In this document: positions 57,501 to 64,000 of the stretch, in pieces
How positions within the stretch are numbered: the stretch's first letter is position 1
Layout: the number at the start of each line of letters is the position of its first letter
Origin: Mobula hypostoma
Lineage: Eukaryota
Direction: 5' to 3'
Assembly: GCF_963921235.1 (NCBI RefSeq)
Contig: NC_086107.1
Coordinates: forward strand, 105,526,001 to 105,590,000
Length of the DNA: 64,000 nucleotides
Notes under the pieces: generated by a model
Told to the model about the DNA's origin: nothing
The model's database searches: none
The model's input: the letters and a program-made list of their open reading frames with translations, nothing else
Made by a program: the position numbers and the translations under genes

Positions 57501-60500
57501 GAGACCCTTCGTCAGGACCCCTAGCAAAGCATTCCACACAATTACCACTCTCTGTGTATAAAAACTAATCTCAGACATCCCCCTGTACTTCCCCTCAAAC
57601 ACGCAAGGTTTGCTCCCTCAATTTTCCATCTCCAGCTTGGGAAAATATCCCTGGCTGTCCACTCTCTCTACACCTTTACTATACACTTTGATCATACCAC
57701 CTCTTATCCTCATTCTTGTGGTTAGACCGCACTTGGAATATTGTGTTCAGTTCTGGTCACTTCATTGTTGGAAGGATGAGGAAGCTTTAGAGAGGGTGCA
57801 GAGAAGATTTACCAGGACGCTGGCTGGATTAGAGAGCATGTCTTATGAAGATATATTGATCAAGTGAATGCTTTTATCTAAGGAGCAAAGACATTTGGTA
57901 CCATCCTTGTAAATCTTCTCTGCACTCCCTCTAAAGCTTCTACATCCTTCCTATAAAGAAGTGAACAGAAATCAACACAATACTCTAAGTGTGGTCTAAC
58001 CTGTGTTTTATAAGCTGCAACATTACCTTGTGGTTCTTGAACTCGATCCTGCGACTAATTCTGCCTTCAGGTTTGACTTTCCAAAGTGAATAATTCACAC
58101 TTTTCTGAGTTGAACTCCGTCTGCCATTTCTCAGCCTCCCCTGGAATAAATGCTTCTGCAATGTATCGAGTCTGTTCCCCATTCTACCTGATTCCTTGTG
58201 GATTCTGATGTCAAATAATTAACCAGTGAACTAATTCTCTCAGAACCAGATTAGCTCAGTCAACAATCTCCGTATAGAAACAAATCCACGAACCATGATC
58301 TTCTTGGGATCCAATCACTTTGATTCTCCTTTCTCCACTTTCTTTGGAATCTGAAAGTAAAAAGTGTTTGATTATAAAATGGAAGGTGAGTGTGGAAAGT
58401 CTCCTAACATCAAAGTGTATCCCTGTAATGTGGAACTATCTGTTTACACTCACACACGTCATTGCCACAGATCTGAGTACCTCCCCATGAGCTGCTAACC
58501 CATTGCCCAACACCCCACCTGAGGTTGGGATTGGATCCAACATTTTCCCAAGACACAGCGACCCGAAGATGGTGTCTCTGTGGTGAGTGAGAGTTTTCCC
58601 CTGGAGGTGAGACAAGTGTCTATGGGTCCAGGTTGGTGTCCACCCAAACTTGTCAGCTTCAACCCATCTGAGCCTCCCATACCAAGGAACCTTTGTCGGG
58701 GATGATGTTGTCCCTCTCTCACACACTCCACCCTCCTGTCTGCTCAGATTCAGGAACAGGGCTCACAGTTTTGGGGTTTCCAGCCAAGGCCAATGGTTAC
58801 CCACGGATTCCCAGGGTCATTAGTTCAATCATCAATGGATTGTTCACCAGAGAATGTTACAGCAAGAGATTGAAATCATAAATGTCGATACCTCGAGCTT
58901 CAGAGTGACTATTTCTTTCTGTAGAATCTGGAAAAGAAGGGAAAGAATTTCAGTTCACCAATGACGGGACATTCTCTATGGCCATTATCAGTTCAGTTCT
59001 CAAACATTCGCTCTCATTTTAATGACACTTCACTGTAAGCCGGTGATGTATAGTTGACAGATCACAGAACATAGAAAAGTACAGCACGGTTCAGGCCCTT
59101 CAGTCCACAATGTTGTGCTAACCCTTTCACCTACTCTAAGATCAATCTTACCCTTTCCTCTCACATAGTACTTCATTTGTCTTTCAACTATGTGCCTCAT
59201 AGTCTCTTAAATATCGCTAATATATCGCCAACTACCATCAATCCTGGCAGAGCATTCCACGCAATTTCCACTCTCTGTGTATAAAAACCAACCTCTGACA
59301 ATCCCCTGTACTTCCCCACAAACATAGGAGATCTGTCCGTCCTGTACCCATTTTCAGCTTGGGAAATTATCTCCGGCTGTCCACTCTATCTCTGGCTTCG
59401 GTGTACACCTCTATCCACCACCTTTAATCTCCTTCTTGCAGTTAGACCACCCTTGGAGTATTGTGTTCAGTTCTGGTCACTTTATTACTGGAAGGATGAG
59501 GAAGCTTTAGAGAGGGTGCAGAGAAGATTTACCAGGATGCTGGCTGGATTAGAGAGCATGTCTTATGAAGATATATTGATCAAGCGAATGCTTTTATCTA
59601 AGGAGCAAAGACATCTGGGTAGCATCCTTGTAAGTCTTCTCTGCACTCTCTCTAAAGCTTCTACATCCTTCCTATAAAGAAGTGAACAGAAATCAACACA
59701 ATACTCTAAGTGTGGTGTAACCAGAGTTTTATAGGGCTGCAACATTACCTTGTGGTTCTTGAACTCGATCCCCCGACTAATTCTGCCTTCAGGTTTGACT
59801 TTCCAAAGTGAATAATTCACACTTTTCTGAGTTGAACTCCATCTGCCATTTCTCAGCCTCTCCTGGAATAAATGCTTCTGCAATGCATCCAGTCTGTTCC
59901 CCATTCTGTCTGATTCCTTGTGGATTCTGATGTCAAGTAACTAACCAGTGAACTACTCCTCTCAGACACAGATTAGCGCAGTGAACAATCTCTGTACAGA
60001 AAGAAATCCACGAACCATGATCTTCTTGGGATCCAATCACTTTGATTCTCCTTTCTCCACTTTCTTTGGAATCTGAAAGTAAAAAGTGTTTGATTATAAA
60101 ATGGAAGGTGAGTGTGGAAAGTATCCCGGCTTCAAAGTGTATCCCTGTAATATTTAACTATCTTTTCACACTCACACACGGCACTGCCACTGATCTGAGT
60201 ACCTCCCCATGAGCTGCTCACCCATTGCCCAACACCTCCCTGAGGGTGGTATTGGATCCAACTTTTCCCCAGGAAACAGACACCCGAATATGGTCTCTCT
60301 GTGGCGAATGAGAGTTTTCCCTTGGAGGTGAAACAGGTGCCTATGGGTCCGGGTTGGTGTCCACCCAAACTTGTCAGCTTCAACTCATCTGAGCCTCTCA
60401 TACCAAGGAACCTTTGTCGGCGATGATGTTGTCCCTCTCTCACACACTGCACCCTCCTGTCTCCTCAGACTCAGGAACAGGGCTCACAGTGTTGGGGTTT

Positions 60501-63500
60501 CCAGCCAAGGCCAATGGTTACCCACGGATTCCCAGGGTCATTAGTACAATCGTCAATGGATTGTTCACCAGAGAATGTTACAGCAAGAGATTGAAATCAT
60601 AAATATTGATACCTCGAGCTTCAGAGTGACTGCTTCTTTCTGTAGAATCTGGAAAAGAAGGGAAGAATTTCAGTTCACCAATCACAGGGCATTGTCTATG
60701 GCCATCGTCAGTCCAGTTCTCAAACTCTCGCTCTCATTTTTATGACTTTTCACTTTAAGCTGGTGATGAATTGTTCACAGATCATTGAACACAGAACAGT
60801 CCAGAACAGTCCAGGAGCTTCAGCCCATAATGATGTGCTAACACTTTACCCTTCTCCAATGTCAATCTTACCCTTTCTTCTCAAATAGTCCTTCATTTCT
60901 TTCATCCATGTGCCTTAGACTCTCTTAAATGTCGGTCTAACATTACCCCTAGCAGCGCATTCCACACTATTACCACTCTGTGTATAAAAACGAATCTCAG
61001 ACATCCCCCTGTACTTCCCCTCAAATACGCGAGGTTTGCTCCCTCAATTTTCCATTTCCAGCTTGGGAAAATATCCCTGGCTGTCCACTCTATCTACATC
61101 TTTACTGTACACTTTGATCATACCACCTCTTATCCTCATTCTTGTGGTTAGACCGCACTTGGAATATTGTGTTCAGTTCTGGTCACTTCATTGTTGGAAG
61201 GATGAGGAAGCTTTAGAGAGGGTGCGGAGAAGATTTACCAGGACGCTGGCTGGATTAGAGAGCATGTCTTATGAAGATATATTGATCAAGCGAATGCTTT
61301 TATCTAAGGAGCAAAGACATTTGGTACCATCCTTGTAAATCTTCTCTGCACTCCCTCTAAAGCTTCTACATCCTTCCTATAAAGAAGTGAACAGAAATCA
61401 ACACAATACTCTAAGTGTGGTCTGACCTGAGTTTTATAAGCTGCAACATTACCTTGTGGTTCTTGAACTCGATCCTGCGACTAATTCTGCCTTCAGGTTT
61501 GACTTTCCAAGGTGAATAATTCACACTTTTCTGAGTTGAACTCCGTCTGCCATTTCTCAGCCTCCCCTGGAATAAATGCTTCTGCAATGTATCCAGTCTG
61601 TTCCCCATTCTATCTGATTCCTTGTGGATTCTGATGTCAAGTAACTAACCAGTGAACTACTCCTCTCAGACCCAGATTAGCTCAGTCAACAATCTCTGTA
61701 TAGAAAGAAATCCACGAACCATCATCTTCTCGGTATCCAATCACTTTGATTCTCCTTTCTCCACTTTCTTTGGAATCTGAAAGTAAAAAGTGTTTGATTA
61801 TAAAATGGAAGGTGAGAAAGTATCCCGGCTTCAAAGTGTATCCCTGTAACGTGTAACTATCTGTTTACACTCACACACGGCACTGCCACTGATCTGAGTA
61901 CCTCCCCATAAGCTGCTCACCCATTGCCCAACACACCCGAGGTTGGGATTAGATCCAACTTTTTCCCAGGACACAGCGACCCGGATATCGTCACTCTGCG
62001 GCGAGTGAGAGTTTTCCCCTGGAGGTGAGACAGGTGTCTATGGATCCAGGTTGGTGTCCACCCAAACTTGTCAGCTTCAACTCAGCTGAGCCTCCCACAC
62101 CAAGGAACCTTTGTCGGGGATGATGTTGTCCCTCTCTCACACACTCCACTCTCCTGTCTGCTCAGATTCAGGAACAAGGCTCAGAGTGTTGGGGTTTCCA
62201 GCTAAGGCCAATGGTTACCCACGGATTCCCAGGGTCATTAGTACAATCGTCAATGGATTGTTCACCAGAGAATGTTACAGCAAGAGATTGAAATCATAAA
62301 TGTTGATACCTCGAGCTTCAGAGTGACTATTTCTTTCTGTAGAATCTGGAAAAGAAGGGAAAGAATTTCAGTTCACCAATCACAGGGCATTCTCTATGGA
62401 CATTATCAGTTCAGCTCCAAAACATTCGGTCGCATTTTAATGACACTTCACTGTAAGCTGGTGATGTATAGTTGACAGATGACAGAACATAGAAAAGTAC
62501 AGCACGGTCCAGGCCCTTCAGTCCACAATGTTGTGCTAACCCTTTCACCTACTCTAAGATCAATCTTACCCTTTCTACTACCATCAATCCTGCCAGAGCA
62601 TTCCACGCAATTTCCACTCTCTGTGTATAAAAACCAACCTCTGACAATCCCCTGTACTTTCCCACAAACATGGGAGATCTGTTCCGTCCTGTATCCATTT
62701 TCAGCTTGGGAAATTATCTCCGGCTGTCCACTCAATCTATGCCTTTGGTGTACACCTCTATCACACCACCTCTTATCCTCATTCTTGTGGTTAGACCACG
62801 CTTGGAATATTGTGTTCAGTTCTGGTCACTTCATTGTTGGAAGGATGAGGAAGCTTTAGAGAGGGTGCAGAGAAGATTTACCCAGACGCTGGTTGGATTA
62901 GAGAGCATGTCTTATGAAGAGATATTGTTCAAGCGAATGCTTTTATCTAAGGAGCAAAGACATCTGGGTAGCATCCTTGTAAATCTTCTCTGCACTCCCT
63001 CTAAAGCTTCTACATCCTTCCTATAAAGAAGTGAACAGAAATCATACAATACTCTAAGTGTGGTCTAACCAGAGTTTTATAGAGCTGCATCATTAACTTG
63101 TGGTTCTTGAACTCGATCCTGCGACTAATTCTGCCTTCGGGTTTGACTTTCCAAAGTGAATAATTTACACTTTTCTAAGTTGAACTCCATCTGCCATTTC
63201 TCAGCCTCTCCTGGAATAAATGCTTCTGCAATGCATCCAGTCTGCTCCCCATTCTATCTGATTCCTTGTGGATTCTGATGTCAAGTAACTAACCAGTGAA
63301 CTACACCTCTCAGACACAGATTATCTCAGTCAATAATCTCTGTATAGAAAGAAATCCACGAACCATCATCTTCTCGGGAACCAATCACTTTGATTCTCCT
63401 TTCTCCACTTTCTTTGGAAGCTGGAAGTTAAAAGTGTTTGATTATAAAATGGAAGGTGAGTGTGGAAACTCTCCCATCTTCAAAATGTATCCCTGTAACG

Positions 63501-63997
63501 TGCAGCTATCTGTTCACACTCACACACGTCACTGCCACTGATCTGAGTACCTCCCCATGATCTGCTCACCCATTGCCCAACACCGCACCTGAGGCTGGGA
63601 TTAGATCCAACTTTCTCCCGGGACACAGCGACCTGAATATGATCTCCCTGTGGTGAGTGAGAGTTTTCCCCTGGAGGTGAGACAAGTGTCTATGGGTCCA
63701 GGTTGGTGTCCAACCAAACTCGTCAGCTTCAGCTCATCTGAGCCTTCCATACCAAGGAACCTTTGTCGGGGATGATGTTGTCCCTCTCTCACACACTCCA
63801 CCCTCCTGTCTGCTCAGATTCAGGAACAGGGCTCACAGTGTTGGGGTTTCCAGCCAAGGCCAATGGTTACCCACGGATTCCCAGTGTCATTAGTACAATT
63901 GTCAATAGATTGTTCACCAGAGAGTGTGACAGCAAGAGATTGAAATCATAAATATTGTTACCTCGAGCTTCAGAGTGACTATTTCTTTCTGTAGAAT
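12386..63997 (-). CDS. bglap: Osteocalcin/bone Gla protein-like gene (MGP/BGP family) with a massively exon-amplified S-x-E prodomain; 5' end (signal peptide exon) outside the window
   Basis: Manual splicing on the minus strand: ~42 phase-1/phase-1 micro-exons, then a 76-bp exon and a 139-bp terminal coding exon. The C-terminus reads [78 protein letters not shown], ExxRExCE and CDxLAxxIGFQxAY match osteocalcin; PF...AN and the 76-bp exon size are MGP-like. The family assignment is secure; bglap versus mgp paralog is less so. Confidence 0.88.
13789..13864 (-). CDS. bglap: Propeptide exon (gamma-carboxylase recognition site plus furin site)
   Basis: 76 bp, attgttctag|...GAAAG|gtcaga, phase 1 to phase 2. 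Encodes (G)[24 protein letters not shown](R) and joins the terminal exon in frame. Confidence 0.95.
13985..15259 (+). mobile_element. Defective Tc1-like DNA transposon in the intron upstream of the propeptide exon
   Basis: ~200-bp terminal inverted repeats. Decayed transposase: [27 protein letters not shown]...[18 protein letters not shown]...PDLNPIEN...KGASTKY. Confidence 0.9.
17472..17683 (+). mobile_element. Short CR1 3' end inserted into an older repeat
   Basis: ttttttactcagagagtggttgg... ending in a ttctatgttctat tail. Confidence 0.7.
18277..18312 (-). CDS. Micro-exon type [13 protein letters not shown]
   Basis: 36 bp, ttccag/gtaata, phase 1-1. Confidence 0.8.
18429..18464 (-). CDS. 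Micro-exon type [13 protein letters not shown]
   Basis: 36 bp, attcag/gtagtg, phase 1-1. Confidence 0.8.
18700..19040 (+). mobile_element. Penelope-like retroelement RT fragment plus terminal repeat
   Basis: Frame reads [30 protein letters not shown] (Penelope RT motif DVxSLxTxIP), followed by a degenerate hammerhead-bearing repeat. Confidence 0.75.
19666..19716 (-). CDS. Micro-exon type C (short), [17 protein letters not shown]
   Basis: 51 bp, tttcag/gtttgt, phase 1-1. Confidence 0.78.
20984..21019 (-). pseudogene. Type A micro-exon [12 protein letters not shown] with mutated donor (GT>AT)
   Basis: Clear homolog of the other A exons, followed by 'atacta' instead of 'gta..'. Confidence 0.7.
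21163..21198 (-). CDS. Micro-exon type [13 protein letters not shown]
   Basis: 36 bp, ttttag/gtagct. Confidence 0.8.
21645..21758. repeat. 114-bp spacerless palindrome derived from the Penelope-associated repeat
   Basis: 57-bp arms with 3 mismatches, centred on gtcgac|gtcgac. Confidence 0.9.
23397..23742. repeat. 49-bp minisatellite, 7 copies, each with a CCAAT box
   Basis: CCAAT starts at 23421, 23470, 23519, 23568, 23618, 23667, 23716. Confidence 0.9.
24477..24512 (-). CDS. Micro-exon type [13 protein letters not shown]
   Basis: 36 bp, ttccag/gtatca. Confidence 0.8.
25245..25296 (-). pseudogene. 5'-truncated type C micro-exon ([17 protein letters not shown]); acceptor replaced by repeat DNA
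   Basis: Homologous to 27911-27967 with the gtttgt donor kept, but the first codons and the polypyrimidine acceptor are missing. Confidence 0.65.
27435..27470 (-). CDS. Micro-exon type [13 protein letters not shown]
   Basis: 36 bp, ttccag/gtaact. Confidence 0.8.
27591..27626 (-). CDS. Micro-exon type [13 protein letters not shown]
   Basis: 36 bp, ttctag/gtactt. Confidence 0.8.
27911..27967 (-). CDS. Micro-exon type [20 protein letters not shown]
   Basis: 57 bp, ttccag/gtttgt. Confidence 0.8.
28355..28396 (-). CDS. Micro-exon type D (unique), [14 protein letters not shown]
   Basis: 42 bp, atacag/gtgagt, phase 1-1, same D-S-x-E start. Confidence 0.75.
31666..31701 (-). CDS. Micro-exon type [13 protein letters not shown]
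   Basis: 36 bp, ttccag/gtatgg. Confidence 0.8.
31775..34051 (+). mobile_element. Young 5'-truncated CR1 LINE with uninterrupted RT frame
   Basis: The 736-aa ORF has [35 protein letters not shown] and FADD but no endonuclease domain. It ends in a (TTCTATGT)3 tail with candidate TSD TAATGTT at 31768-31774 and 34052-34058. Confidence 0.95.
34107..34142 (-). CDS. Micro-exon type [13 protein letters not shown]
   Basis: 36 bp, tttcag/gtaact. Confidence 0.8.
34420..35098 (+). mobile_element. Unclassified, apparently young retroposon 3' portion
   Basis: CpG-rich body, AATAAA and a (TAATC)3 tail; interrupts an older repeat; family not identified. Confidence 0.5.
35257..35681 (+). mobile_element. 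Internally deleted Tc1 element
   Basis: TA-flanked inverted termini (cagcaccgtgcaaaagt...acttttgcacagtacag). [18 protein letters not shown]...KAKCGHTKY is the Tc1 transposase C-terminus. Confidence 0.88.
36040..36590 (-). mobile_element. CR1 LINE 3' fragment
   Basis: ORF 36161..36463: [11 protein letters not shown]...[10 protein letters not shown]...RNFFAQKV. Confidence 0.85.
37767..37823 (-). CDS. Micro-exon type [20 protein letters not shown]
   Basis: 57 bp, ttccag/gttcgt. Confidence 0.8.
38408..38443 (-). CDS. Micro-exon type [13 protein letters not shown]
   Basis: 36 bp, tcacag/gtatca. Confidence 0.8.
38909..38944 (-). CDS. Micro-exon type [13 protein letters not shown]
   Basis: 36 bp, tttcag/gtaggt. 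Confidence 0.8.
39071..39827 (+). mobile_element. Chapaev3-type DNA transposon, deletion derivative
   Basis: CACT...AGTG termini flanked by TTA on both sides. Transposase motif [30 protein letters not shown]. Confidence 0.8.
40350..41006 (+). mobile_element. CR1 LINE 3' fragment
   Basis: ORFs 40352 and 40671 form a frameshifted CR1 ORF2 C-terminus; gttatatggttata tail. Confidence 0.88.
41108..41143 (+). ncRNA. Minimal type I hammerhead ribozyme motif (Penelope-associated)
   Basis: agtc-CTGACGA-agggtctcggcct-GAAA-cGTC-gact: conserved core, stem I agtc/gact, short stem II, palindromic ACGT stem III. Confidence 0.6.
41200..41925 (-). mobile_element. Degenerate CR1 fragment at the left edge of the tandem array
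   Basis: ORF 41715..42086: [11 protein letters not shown]...[19 protein letters not shown]. Confidence 0.8.
42066..63420 (-). CDS. 13 type C micro-exons (57 bp; consensus [19 protein letters not shown] or ...GYREDD), one per tandem unit
   Basis: Coordinates 42066-42122, 43764-43820, 45813-45869, 47533-47589, 49398-49454, 51121-51177, 52986-53042, 54708-54764, 56430-56486, 58294-58350, 60016-60072, 61720-61776, 63364-63420. All have a cag acceptor and a gttcgt/gtttgt donor and are open in phase 1. Confidence 0.78.
42639..63997 (-). CDS. 13 type A micro-exons (36 bp; [12 protein letters not shown] or [12 protein letters not shown]), one per tandem unit; two have a GG acceptor
   Basis: Coordinates 42639-42674, 44361-44396 (acceptor AG>GG), 46408-46443, 48131-48166, 49996-50031, 51719-51754, 53584-53619, 55305-55340, 57027-57062, 58892-58927, 60613-60648, 62310-62345, 63962-63997 (acceptor AG>GG). 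Confidence 0.78.
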
Positions 63998-64000
63998 CCG

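Larger units (their letters stand above)
41930..64000. repeat. Tandem array of 13 units of ~1.65-2.05 kb, each with two coding micro-exons and CR1 debris; continues past the window end
   Basis: Spacings between successive A exons: 1722, 2047, 1723, 1865, 1723, 1865, 1721, 1722, 1865, 1721, 1697, 1652 bp. Near-identical spurious ORFs recur in the ORF track. Confidence 0.95.

Noticed and set aside
44162..63951. Recurrent 62-aa ORF ([15 protein letters not shown]...KRLKS) and ~100-aa ORFs in each tandem unit as a tandem gene family
   Set aside because: They are called from non-ATG starts or are CR1 fragments (LEYCVQFWS). They recur only because the DNA is duplicated, and lie antisense within introns of the Gla gene.
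42066..63997. Reading the micro-exons in phase 0 ([12 protein letters not shown] / [11 protein letters not shown])
   Set aside because: Type C exons have an in-frame stop in phase 0, and the downstream propeptide exon needs a phase-1 junction.
41930..64000. Regularly recurring 36-bp conserved motif as a CRISPR-like array
   Set aside because: The context is eukaryotic, the spacers are kilobase-long and homologous to each other, there are no cas genes, and the 36-mers are bounded by splice signals.

Overview
Eukaryotic genomic DNA, very likely from a cartilaginous fish (ray-like; inferred from the repeat families). Most of it is repeat-derived: CR1 LINEs, Penelope-like fragments with hammerhead motifs, tRNA-SINEs, Tc1 and Chapaev3 DNA transposons, and a solo LTR. 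Two host genes are invisible in the ORF track. (1) The last coding exon of ddx47 lies on the + strand (7425-7544). (2) Facing it on the - strand is an osteocalcin/BGP-type Gla-protein gene (MGP/BGP family). Its 76-bp propeptide exon (13789-13864; [17 protein letters not shown]) and Gla-domain exon (12386-12524; [26 protein letters not shown]) are intact. The small phase-1 S-x-E exon that is normally single-copy appears to have been multiplied into about 42 micro-exons of 36-57 bp across 18.3-64 kb; 38 have canonical AG/GT sites. Sixteen older, diverged copies follow a C-B-A triad pattern. A young ~1.7-2.0 kb tandem array (13 units, ~41.9 kb to the window end) carries a 36-bp and a 57-bp exon in each unit. 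If all canonical exons are spliced, the prodomain gains about 568 aa of D-S-x-E repeats in front of a furin site and a 53-aa Tyr-rich Gla peptide. The signal-peptide exon should lie beyond the right edge. All splicing is inferred from sequence only.
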